Assembly (NCBI GenBank): GCA_014905635.1
Contig: JABVCE010000023.1
Span: forward strand, 310,001-374,000
Length of the DNA stretch: 64,000 nt
Reading direction: 5' to 3'
DNA from: Scenedesmus sp. PABB004
Lineage: Eukaryota
The notes below the pieces were generated by a model. It worked only from the letters and a program-made list of their open reading frames with translations, did no database searches and was not told the DNA's origin. Of the stretch, positions 11,867 to 22,687 are shown piece after piece; the first letter of the stretch is position 1, and every line of letters begins with the position of its first letter. Both the position numbers and the translations under genes were made by a program.

Positions 11867-12412
11867 GCCGGGGCGCGGCCCTGTCGGCCGGGACGGCCAG
11901 CTGCGGCGCCCGCGGCGCGCGCTTGACGGACGGTGGTCGCGGCGGCGGCGGCTGGCGATCGTGCGCGGCGGTGGCGCGCCGGGCGCGGCCGATGGCGCGG
12001 GAGAGAGGTCGGCGGGTGGTGGGCCGCCAGGCGGCGCGGCGGCGTGCAAACCGTTAGCTGCCTGGACGGGGCGGGCGGCGTCGCTGTGTTGCGCCCGGGC
12101 GCACGCGCCCACGCGCGGGCGCACGTCCGCAGCGCACGCCACCGCCAGCCAGCCCGGGCGGCAGTCAACGGTCAAGCCCCGGGAGGCCGGCTCGGCACCG
12201 CGCGCCCGGAGCCCGTCCCGGCACGCGCCCCGAGAGCGGCCGGCCGGCGCCGCGCGGCGCGGCGGCGGGCGGCGCGCACGTTGCCAGAACGCCAGTGGGA
12301 TCACAAACCGCGTCGCCTAAACCCCATCTGGCCTGTGACCACGCTGGCCGCGCCCAAAGGCGCCCGCGCCCCGCCGGACGAGCACCCCCCACCCCAGTTG
12401 TTGCCGTGAGGA
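11867..12412. repeat. Copy B of the ~550 bp duplication; immediate upstream/promoter region of LHCBM
   Basis: Matches 8468-9023 and ends about 20 nt before the LHCBM ATG at 12434. Confidence 0.95.
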
Positions 12413-12433
12413 GTCACCCACCAGCCCATAACC

Positions 12434-13991
12434 ATGGCCTTCGCTCTCCGTGCGTCCCGCGCTGCCACCGTGCGCGTGGAGGCGAAGAAGACCGCCGCCA
12501 AGAAGGCCCCCGCCGTGAGTGGCCCAGTTCAGCGCCGCGGCGGCCCGCTGGGCGCCGTGGGGCGCGGGGCGAGCCGCGGCATGCTGCTGCCTTTGAACGC
12601 CCCGTGCGCAGCGCACGGGGCGCGCCGCGTGCTCGCGGCGCGCTCGCGGCTGCGCGACAGCGGCCTCGACGCCCACGCGGCGCGGCGGGGCTCGCCGAGC
12701 GCGCCACGCGCGGGCCGCGACCACTGCGCTCACGCGCCCGCAATCTCGCTCCGCAGAAGAAGGCCGCGTCCTCCGGCAAGGGCGTTGAGTGGTGAGCGCG
12801 ACGCCACGCGTCGGGGGCGCGCCGGATGCCGCTCGGGGGCGCCAGATCTTGAGCGCGCCTGGCGCCGAGCAGCTGCGATCGCCCGGCACCGCGCGGCGCC
12901 CGGCGCGGCCAGCGAGCGCGCGCGGGGCGTGATCAGCGACGCACCCAGCGCGCCGGACGCGCGCGCAGGCGCTCGGGCGGCGGCAGCAGCAGCCGTGGCG
13001 CGCAGCCCGCGCTGACCCACCCTCTCGTCGCCGCCGCCGCGCGCCGCGCCGCGCAGGTATGGCCCCAACCGCGCCAAGTGGCTGGGTCCCTTCTCCACCA
13101 ACACCCCCGCCTACCTGACCGGCGAGTTCGCCGGCGACTACGGCTGGGACACCGCCGGCCTCTCGGCCGACCCGGAGACCTTCCGCCGCTACCGCGAGCT
13201 GGAGCTCATCCACGCCCGCTGGGCCATGCTCGGTGCGCGCGCGGCGCAGCGGCTGCGGCGGCGTGGGGACGGGCGGGCGCGGCAGCACGGGCGGGCGCCC
13301 TGCGCGGCGCGGGCGTGGGCTGCGGGCTGCACGGCCGGGCAGCGGCGCGCTGACGCTGCGCCGCCGCCACCCGCAGGCGCGCTGGGCTGCGTCACCCCCG
13401 AGCTGCTGGCCAAGAACGGCGTGCCGTTCGGTGAGGCCGTGTGGTTCAAGGCCGGCGCCCAGATCTTCCAGGACGGCGGCCTGAACTACCTGGGCAACAG
13501 CAGCCTCATCCACGCCCAGTCCATCCTGGCCACCCTGGCCACCCAGGTGCGGCGCCGCGCCGCGCAACGGGCTGTGCCGTGCAGGGCTGCCGCGCGGCTG
13601 CAGCGGCGCCGCGCGCAGTACGCTGCGCGCAGCGCGTCGCGCGCGCGCGCCCACACGCCTCGCCCCACCCCGCGTGCGCGCGCAGGTCATCCTCATGGGC
13701 CTGGTCGAGGGCTACCGCGTGAACGGCGGCCCCGCCGGCGAGGGCCTCGACCCCCTCTACCCCGGTGAGGCGTTCGACCCCCTCGGCCTGGCCGACGACC
13801 CGGACACCTTCGCTGAGCTCAAGGTCAAGGAGATCAAGAACGGCCGCCTCGCCATGTTCAGCATGTTCGGCTTCTTCGTGCAGGCGATCGTGACCGGCCA
13901 GGGCCCCATCGCCAACCTCGACGCCCACCTGAGCGACCCCTCCGGCAACAACGCCTGGAACTTCGCCACCAAGTTCGTGCCCGGCAACTGA
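12434..13991 (+). CDS. LHCBM: Major light-harvesting chlorophyll a/b-binding protein of LHCII (5 exons)
   Basis: [19 protein letters not shown].., [103 protein letters not shown]. Intron donors at 12515, 12792, 13233 and 13547. Confidence 0.98.
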
Positions 13992-14630
13992 GCGCGCGCC
14001 GCAGCAGCAGCAGCAGCAGCGGAGAGAGTGCTGTCAGAGCATCGCGCCATTGCGCGCGTTGAGCCTGTCTGGTGCACCAATATTGAGGGCGCGGCTCCAG
14101 GAGCGGGCGGGGCGGGTAAACAAAACGGCCCGAACGTGTGTCGTTCGCGCGGCTGGAGCGCCGGGGCTCAGGGTTGAGCGCGCTGCGCCGCGCAACGGGC
14201 AGCGCCGCCGCTTCCCGGTCGCCCGCCCGGTCGCAGCACGCACAGCCCAGCGCGTCCGGCGACGACGGCTCCCCGCTCGCGCAGCTCGCAGCGCACGCAC
14301 GCCGCTGCCGCGCGCCCGCCGCCGCCGCACCTGCTCGCGTGCCGGCGCGCAGCTCATCTCGGCGATCGATCGCGCACGCGGCGCGGTCGGGCGCGATCAC
14401 CGCGCCGGGCGGGGCGGCGGTTGTGCGCTCACGGCGGGACATCAGCTGCGCCCGCGAGCGGACGCGGCGAGCGCGCCGGGCGGCGCGGGCCGGGAAGGAG
14501 CGGCGGGCTTTGATGCCGCAGGCACGCCGGCCGGTGGCAAGCGCGTGAGCCCCGTGCGGCGCAGCGGGCGCCCGGGCGGAGCAGCAGCCCGCGCCTTGCC
14601 TGCCGGCCTGCCCCGGCCGCCGTCGCTGCC

Positions 14631-17600
14631 ATGGAGGTGCAGCGCAAGGTGAGGAGCCGGCGGCAGGCGGGGCCGGGGGCAGGCCGCCAGGCAGCACCCA
14701 CGCGCCGGCGCGGCGCGGGCAGCAGCAGGCGCCGCTGCTGCGCGACGGGCGCCGGGCGCGCGCCCGCCGCGGGCGCGTGCCGCCGGCCCTCCCCTCCCCT
14801 CTCCGGCCGGGCGCCGCCGCGACGCAGCGCGCCCACGGCCGCCCCCGCCGCCCGGCCCGCGCGCCGCGCCCCGCGCTGCGCGCCCCCCGCGCCCCACGCT
14901 GCGCCAGGTGTCCTACTTTTACGACGCCGAGCTGGGCGACTTTTACTACGGCCCCACGCACCCCATGAAGCCGCACCGCGTGCGCATGGCGCACGACCTC
15001 ATCGTGCGATACGACCTCTACGCACACCTCCAGGCGCGGCGGCGGCGCCACGCGCGGCGCCACGCGCGGCGCCACGCGGCGGCGGCGGCTGGGGGCCGGG
15101 GAGCAGGCCGGGCCAGGGCGGCGGCACGGCGACGGCAGGGCGCGCGCCGGCGGGCCGGCGGGCCCGCGCCCGACGCGCGCGGCCGCGCCGCCGCGCCGCG
15201 CCGCGCCGCGCAGGTGTTTACGCCTGTGCCGTGCCCGCTGGACGACATGTGCACCTTCCACAGCCGCGACTACCTGGACGCCCTGCGCAGCGTGGACCAG
15301 CCAAAGGCGCGCCGCGCCGCGCGCACGCGCGCGCGCGGGCCGCAGCGCGCCGGCGGGGCGGCCGCGCGGCCGCGCGGCCGCCGCAGCGCGCGCCGCCCCC
15401 GGCGTGGGCGCGCCCCGGCCGTGCCGAACGCCGCCCGCGCCGCCGACCGCCGCGCCCGCGCCCGCGCCGTGCCGCGTGGCGCAGGGCGACAAGCGCGCCG
15501 AGCGCGCGCAGGCGGAGCGGCTGAAGGGCACGTTCAACCTGGGCGTGGCCGACTGCCCCGTGTTTGCAAACATATTCAAGTACTGCCAGGTGGGTGTGTG
15601 TGTGGGTGTGGGTGGGTGGGTGTGGGGGGGGGGGGGGGCTGGGCGCGCACGCGACAGCGCGGCGCGCGCAGGCGCGGCGGCGCGGCAGGGGCAGGGGCAG
15701 GCGCACGCGCACACGCGCAAACGCCGGCGCGGCGGGCGCGCGGCGCCTGCGCGCGGAACCAGCAGCCCCCCGCACGCGTCCCGCGCCGCGCCGCGCCGCG
15801 CCGCGCCGCGCAGGCCTACACGGGCGCCTCGATCGGTGCGGCGGTGCAGCTCAACTACGGCCAGGCCGACATTTGCATCAACTGGGCGGGCGGCCTGCAC
15901 CATGCGCGCAAGGGCCGGGTGCGCCCTCCGCGCGGCGCGCGGCGCGCGCGGGGCTGCGTCGCGCGCCGCCGCCGCCGCGGCCGCGCCCAGCCCTTCGTCC
16001 CTCCCCCGGCGCCCCGCTCAACCGCCCCGTCGCCCCTCCACACCCCTCTCCCTCCACACACACACCCTCCTGCCCTCCCCCCCCCCCCCACACACACACA
16101 CACACACACACGCCCGTGCCCCCCCTCCCCCCCCCCCACACACACACGCACGCACGCACACGCCCGTGCCCCTCCCCCCCCCCCCCAAGGCGAGCGGGTT
16201 CTGCTACATCAACGACATCGTGCTCGCCATACTCGAGCTGCTCAAGTACCACGCGCGGTGAGACACGCGGGGCGGGGCTGTGGGGCTGGCTGGGGCTGTG
16301 TGGGCGCGTGTGGGTGGCTGGCTGGCTGGGGGAGTGGGCGGGTTGTGGGCGCGTGGGCGTGTGTGCGTGTGGGCGTGGGTGTGAGGGTGTGGTGGGGTGT
16401 GGTGGTGTGAGGGTGTGTGTGTGTGGGGGAGAGGGGGGGGGGTCGTTGCTGGCCTGCGTCGGGGGCTGGCGACGCGGGCGGCGCGCGCCCGGCCGCGGCG
16501 CCCGCTCACGCGCCCGCCCGCCCACCGCCCCCGCCGCACCGCCCCTGTGTGCCCCGCCGCGCCGCAGCGTGCTGTACCTCGACATCGACGTCCACCACGG
16601 CGACGGCGTGGAGGAGGCCTTCTACACCACCGGTGGGGGGGGGGGGGGCGGCTGCTCGCTGCCTCGCTGCCTCGCCCTCTCCCTCTCCCTCACACCCCCT
16701 CTCTCTCCCTCACCCTCTCCTCTCCTTCACCCCTCTCCTTCCCTCCCTCGTTCGCCCCCACCCGCTCCTCCCTCTCCTCCCGCTCCTCTCCATCGCCCCT
16801 CTCCCTCGCTCTGAACCCTCACCCCGCCCCCCCTAAAACCCCGCGCCGCCCGCGTCGCGCCAGACCGCGTGCTGACGGTGTCGTTCCACAAGTACGACGG
16901 CGAGTTTTTCCCCGGCACGGGCGACCTCACCGAGGTCGGCGCCGGCCCCGGCACGCACTACGCGGTCAACGTGCCCCTCGCGGTGCGCGCCCGGGCGCGC
17001 CCCGCGCGGACGTGTGCACGCCCGCGCAAACGCGCGCACGCCACGCGCCGGCCCTCGTCCCCACACACCACACAGCACACCCACACGCCCACACACATCC
17101 CACACAACACGCCCACACACACCCACACACGCCCCCCCCCCCACACACACACACACCCCGACACCCCCCCACACACACACACACGCCCACCCACCCCCCA
17201 GGACGGCCTGGACGACGCGTCGTTTGCTGGGCTGTTCACGCCCATCATGGACGCGGTCATGGCCAACTACCAGCCAGACGCCATCGTGCTGCAGAGCGGT
17301 GCGGGGACAGAAGGGGGGGGGGCAGAGAGGGGGGCGCGGCGCAGGGGGGGCTGCAGCCCAAGGGGGCCGCACGCGCGCCGCAGCGCGCAGGGGGCGGCGC
17401 GGCGCGGCGCGGGGCGGGGCGGGGCCGCGGCGCAGCGGCGCGCCGCCGCGTGCCGCCGCGTGCTGACGCGCGCCGCGCGCCGCGGCGCGGTGGCCAGGCG
17501 CCGACTCGCTGACGGGCGACCGGCTGGGCAAGTTCAACCTCACCATCCAGGGCCACGCCATGGTGCGCGCGCACGCGCGCGTGCTCACGCGCCCGCCCCC

Positions 17601-18758
17601 TCCGCCGCCACCTCCCCTCGGCCGCGCGGCGCCGTCGCACGGGGGGCCGCGCAGCACGCCCCGCTCTCGGTCCCTCCCCCCAACACACACACACGACCCA
17701 TGCCCCCCCCCCCACACACACACACGTGCGCAGGTCCACGAGTACATGATGCGCTTTGGCAAGCCCCTGCTCGTGCTCGGCGGCGGCGGCTACAAGATCG
17801 TCAACGTCGCGCGCTGCTGGACCTACGAGACCGCAGTCCTCGCAGGCGCGCCGCGCCGCGCTCCCGCCCCTCCGCCACGCTCGCGCGCGCCGACCCTCCC
17901 GCCCTTGCCCGCACGCTCCCGCGCCCTCCCGCGCCCTCCCGCGCCCAGCCGACCCCTCCCCCGCGTGCCCCGCGCGCGCGCAGGCCAGGCGGGCGGGCTG
18001 TCGTCGGCGCTGCCGCCGAACGAGTACTATGAGCTGTTCAAGCCCGCGCACAGCCTCTTCATCAGCAAGGACGAGGCCCTGCGCAACGAAAACACGGCGT
18101 CCGCGCTCGACCAGGCGCGCGTGAAGGGGGCTCGGGGGGAGGGGAGGGCAGGGGAGGGGAGGGGAGGGGAGGGGAGGGGAGGGGAGGGGAGGGGAGGGGA
18201 GGGGGGAGGGGAGGGGAGGGGAGGGGAGGGGAGGGGAGGGGAGGGGAGGGAGGGAGGGGAGGGGGGGGAGAAGGGCGCGGCCGCGCGGGACGGGGCTGAC
18301 GGCGCGCCCGCCCGCCCGCCCGCGGCGCGGCGCGTAGCTGCGGTCGGCGATCCTCGAGAACCTGCGCCACGTGCGGCCGGTGCCGGGGGACAACAAGGTC
18401 AACCTCAACCTCCCGCCCGGCGGCCAGGCCAAGCTCGCGGCGGCGCAGGCGCGCGCGGGGCTGCGCCCGCGGCCGCACGCGCCGCCGCCGCGCCGCGCAG
18501 CACACAGCGCGGGCGCCCGCCGACGCGCGCCGCCCGCCGCCCTGCCCCCGCCTTGCCGCCCTGCCCGCGCAGCGCGGCGCGCGGCCGCGCTTCCAGCCCG
18601 CGTCGTCGCCGAGCGACGAGGAGCGCGCCGAGCGCCGGCACGGCGGCGGCGCCGGCGGCGGCGGCTGCGTGCGCTGGGGCGACGACGACGACGAGCCCGA
18701 CCAGGGGCGCCGCTCGGGCAGCGAGTCGGACGACGAGGACGAGGACATGAGCGCCTGA
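14631..18758 (+). CDS. Class I (RPD3-type) histone deacetylase, ~14 exons
   Basis: [98 protein letters not shown], then an acidic C-terminus. Stop TGA at 18756-18758. Catalytic His/Asp/Tyr residues are present. Confidence 0.95.
18141..18260. repeat. (GGGGA)n purine microsatellite in an HDAC intron
   Basis: About 20 imperfect GGGGA units are directly visible. Confidence 0.9.
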
Positions 18759-19002
18759 GGCGGCGGACCGCGGGCGCGGCGCGCGCGTTGCAACGCGCGC
18801 ACGCGGCGGCGGTTGCAGGGCGCAGCGCCGCGGCGCAGGCAGTTGCCGCGGCCCCCGGCACGCACGCCACAGCCCGCCCCCGCGCCCCCGCACGCACACC
18901 GGATCCGTCGCCGTCGCCCCCGGCGCCCCGCGCAGCCTCAGCACGCACTCGGGCAGCGGGGATCGGCTTCACGCGAGGCCGCCGCGGCAGCCAGCGGCAG
19001 CC

Positions 19003-19473
19003 ATGACGCTGGACATGTCGGTCCTGGAGGGCCGGCTGGCGAGCAGCGCCGCGGCGGAGGCTGCGCACGCGCCGGGCGGGGCGGGCGTGGCAGCTGCTGC
19101 TGATGCAGCTGCCTCCTTTGCCCTGCCCGCCGTGAAGGACGTGAGCGCCGCCGATCGCGGGCAGCCCTCCCCCAGGCTGATCCCGTCGAGGCCCCGCCCT
19201 GACGCCCGCCCGCCCTCACGCCCGCCCCCCGCAGCTGGACTGCTTTGAGCGCGAGGTGGTGGAGATGGTCAAGCCCGCGCACGGCACGACGACGCTGGGC
19301 TTCATCTTCAAGCACGGCGTCATCATCGCCGTGGACTCCCGGGCCACCATGGGCTCCTACATCTGTGAGGCGCACGCACGCGCGCGCAGCGCGGTTGGCC
19401 GCGGCCCGCGCGTGCGCTGCTGCCGCCGGCGCCGCCGCCGCCGCGGCATGCGGCAGCAGCGACGACGGCGGCA

Positions 19474-19510
<37 letters not shown>

Positions 19511-20636
19511 GCACCAGGGGCGGCAGCGGCCGAAGCTGCGGCGGGGACGACGCGCGTGCGCCAGCGTCCGGCCCGCCCGCCGACCCGGCGCTGTGACCCG
19601 CCCACTGACCTGCCCCGCGCCGCTCCCTCCCCCCCTCTCCCTCTCCCTCCCTCCCTCCCTCCCTCCCTCCCTCCCTCCCTCCCTCCCTCCCTCCCTCCCT
19701 CCCTCCCCCCGCCAGCCTCGCAGACGGTGAAGAAGGTCATCGAGATCAACAGGTACCTCCTCGGCACCATGGCCGGCGGCGCGGCAGACTGCCAGTTCTG
19801 GCAGCGCAACCTCGGCACGCAGGTGGGGAGGGCCCGCGGCGGTTGGGGCGGTTGGGGGCCGCCACGCCCCGCACGCACGCGCGCCCTCTGCCCCGCGGCC
19901 GACACCGCGCCGCCCCCCGCGCGCCGCCGCAGTGCCGGCTGTACGAGCTGAACAACGGCAAGCGCATCACCGTGCGCGCCGCGTCCAAGCTGCTGGCCAA
20001 CACCATGTTCAGCTACCGGGGCATGGGCCTCTCCATGGTGAGTGACGCGCCGCCCGCACGCCCGGCACACACGCCGGCCCGTGGCAGACGCCCGCCGGCC
20101 AGGCAGCAGCAGCACGTGCGCGCGCCGCGCCGCGCGCGGCTCGCGCCACGCACCCCGCGCGCCGCGCGCCGCGTCAGGGCACGATGGTTGCCGGGTGGGA
20201 CCCGAGCGGTCCGGGGCTGTACTACGTCGACAGCGACGGCCAGCGCACCAAGGGCAAGGTCTTCAGCGTCGGCAGCGGCAGCCTCTACGCCTACGGCGTG
20301 CTCGACGCGGGCTACTCCTGGTGCGGCGCGGCACACGACACGGCGCACGCGGCGCGGCGGGGCGCGAGCCGCCCCTCGTGGAGCGAGCCCATCGCTGACC
20401 GAATGCCCCTGCCGCCGCCGCGCCGCCCCTGCGTCTGCGCCCCCAGGGACATGAGCGTGGACGACGCGGTGGAGCTGGGGCGCCGCGCGATCTACCACGC
20501 GACGTTCAGGGACTGCGCGAGCGGCGGCACCGTCAGCGGTGCGCGGCCGCGCGCCCGCGCCGCCGTCCACCGCCGCCCGCCCGCCATCTCACGCCCGCCC
20601 ACCGCCCGCCTCACTGCCCCTCACCCCACCCACACA

Positions 20637-20701
<65 letters not shown>

Positions 20702-20835
20702 GCGCGCGCGCAGTGTACCACGTGACGGAGGACGGGTGGAAGAAGGTCCGCGGCGACGACGTCACGGAGTGCCACTTCGAGTACTACCCAGACGCCGCCA
20801 GCCACCCCAGCACCGGCACGCCCGTGCTCGGCTGA
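19003..20835 (+). CDS. PBE1: 20S proteasome subunit beta type-5 (PSMB5/PRE2-like)
   Basis: Propeptide followed by [25 protein letters not shown] (catalytic Thr), [39 protein letters not shown] and [10 protein letters not shown]. Stop at 20833-20835. Confidence 0.97.
19645..19704. repeat. (CCCT)n microsatellite in a PBE1 intron
   Basis: Tandem CCCT units are directly visible. Confidence 0.9.
20654..20699. repeat. (CA)n microsatellite in the last PBE1 intron
   Basis: More than 20 CA units. Similar CA/TG and poly-C/G tracts recur in HDAC, channel, cyclase and dynein introns. Confidence 0.9.
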
Positions 20836-20869
20836 GCGCGCGCGGCGCGGCGCGGGCGCCGCCGCCGGC

Positions 20870-20874
20870 TGTAA
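20870..20874 (+). terminator. TGTAA chlorophyte polyadenylation signal of PBE1
   Basis: TGTAA lies about 35 nt after the PBE1 stop. UGUAA is the established near-upstream poly(A) element in Chlamydomonas. Confidence 0.7.
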
Positions 20875-21027
20875 CATATGCGGAGACGCGGCCGCGGCGC
20901 GGCAGGGCGCGCAGGCAGCCCCGCTGGTCGGCGCGCGCGCACACACACACACGGGCGGCAGCGGCGGGGGGCACGGCCGGTGGCTGGCCGGCCGGGCCGG
21001 GTGAGCAACAGGAGTTGCACCGCCCGC

Positions 21028-22216
21028 TCACGCGCCGCCCGGCCGCGGGCGCTTGGCCGCGCCGCCGCCGCCGCCGCCGACGAGCATGCTCAGCACGTCC
21101 TCCCCGATCGCCGCCGCGCCCGGCTGCGAGGGGTCGGCCTTGACCTTGCGCTGACCGTACGAGCGCTTCACCGGCGCCGTCGCAGCCGCCGCGCCGGGTG
21201 CTGCCACGCTGGGCGCGCTGGGCGCGCCGCCGCCCGGCGCCGCGCCGCCGTCGGCGCCGCCGGCGGCGGCGGCGCGCGCGCGCGCGCGCGGCCATCGCGT
21301 CGGCGGCCTTGGCGCGGTCCACCGCGGCGAGGTACGCGTCGCGCTCGCGCCGCGCGGCGCCGAGCTCGGCGGCGAGGCGCTGCTCGCGCACGGCGCGCTC
21401 GTAGGTCACCTCCTCGGTGAGGTGGTCCCACTTGAACTTGGGCAGGTAGCGCAGCGCCCAGAGGTCGTAGTGGTACGCGCTGCGCCGGCTGCCGCCCATG
21501 GGCTGGCCGTTGAGCGCGCCGGCGACGCGCTTCGCGACCGCCTTGTCCTCAAACTCCACCCAGCCCTCCGTGAAGTTCTTGCCTGCCGACGCGGGCCGGA
21601 CCCGACCGGCGCGCGCGCGTGGGGAGTGGGCGGGGCGTGCGCGGCGGCTGCGCGGCGGCCGCGCGGCGGCCGCGGCGCGCGGTGCGCGCGCAGCCGGCGC
21701 CCAGCGGGCGCCCAGCGCGCGCCCGCGCGGCGGCGCACCCGAGTTGCCGCCGTTCTTCTTGCGCTGCTTGCGCGCGGCCGCGTCCTCGGGCGTGCAGTAG
21801 ATGCGCCCGACCTCGCCGTACGGCGACAGCAGCTGGCGCAGCTTGGCGGGCTTCATGTGCGGCGGCAGCCGGCTCACGTACACGATGCCGCGCCGCGCGG
21901 TCGCCTCCTTGAGCCGGCGCAGCTTCTCCTCCGACAGCAGCTTGCGCTTCTTCTTCGGCCTGGGCGGCGCGCCCAGGCCGGCGGCGCCGGGGGCCTGCTC
22001 CGGCTCCGGCGCCGGCTCGCCGGCGGCGCCGCCGCCAGCGCCGCCGCCGCGCCGCCGCGGCTGGCTGGGCGCGGGCGCCGGCGCTGCGTCGGGCGCGCAG
22101 GGCTGCTGAGGCTCCGCCCCCGAGCCCCCGGGGCCAGCTGCCGCCGGCGCGGGCGCCGGCTGCTGCTGCTGCTCGCCGCCCGCGGCGGCCGCCGACCGCT
22201 TGCCGGGCCGCCCCAT
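21028..22216 (-). CDS. ESF2: Pre-rRNA processing protein ESF2/ABT1 (RRM-like); apparent frameshift in a (CG)n tract near 21275-21290
   Basis: [64 protein letters not shown]. The C-terminal [13 protein letters not shown]...[10 protein letters not shown] (stop 21028-21030) is in another frame. Confidence 0.9.
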
Positions 22217-22687
22217 GGCAGCGCGGTGGCGCTCTGTCGGCGCCCGCACTGCGCGTGGCCGGCTGCGCTGGCCGCGCCTGGCCCCGCAGGCGCGCGTGCC
22301 GGGCGGCGGCGGCCGACGGCGCCGATGCGGGTGCGCCCTGGCGCGTGGGTGTGCCGGAGGCGGCGGCCGACGGGCGCGTCGGGTCCTGAGACCGGCAAGG
22401 CGTCCGGGATTGCGCCGAGCGCGCAGTGCGGCACGCGCGGCGAGGCGAGCGGCGCCGCTGCTGCGGGGCGACGAGAGGCGCGGCGGCTGCTCCGGGTGCT
22501 GCGGCGCTGCTCGGGGGCGGTGCTGCTGCACAGAAAGCACACGTCACTGGCTCACCGCTTTCGGGGCCGGGGCGCCGCAGAACCGCCGCCGGTCAAGAGC
22601 GCGTCTCGGCCGCCGTCACACGGCCGTGCGTCTCGACGGCCGTCACCACCAGCGGCCACCCGCTGGTGCTGCTGCTGCTGCTAGCTC

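Noticed and set aside
8468..12412. Direct repeats read as LTRs of a retroelement
   Set aside because: There are no TG..CA termini, PBS/PPT or gag/pol motifs between the copies, and the duplication includes host GLYR exon sequence. A segmental duplication fits better.
21270..21292. Frameshift in ESF2/ABT1 (programmed frameshift or pseudogene?)
   Set aside because: It falls in a (CG)n dinucleotide tract of a conserved housekeeping gene, so a repeat-length consensus error is the simplest explanation.
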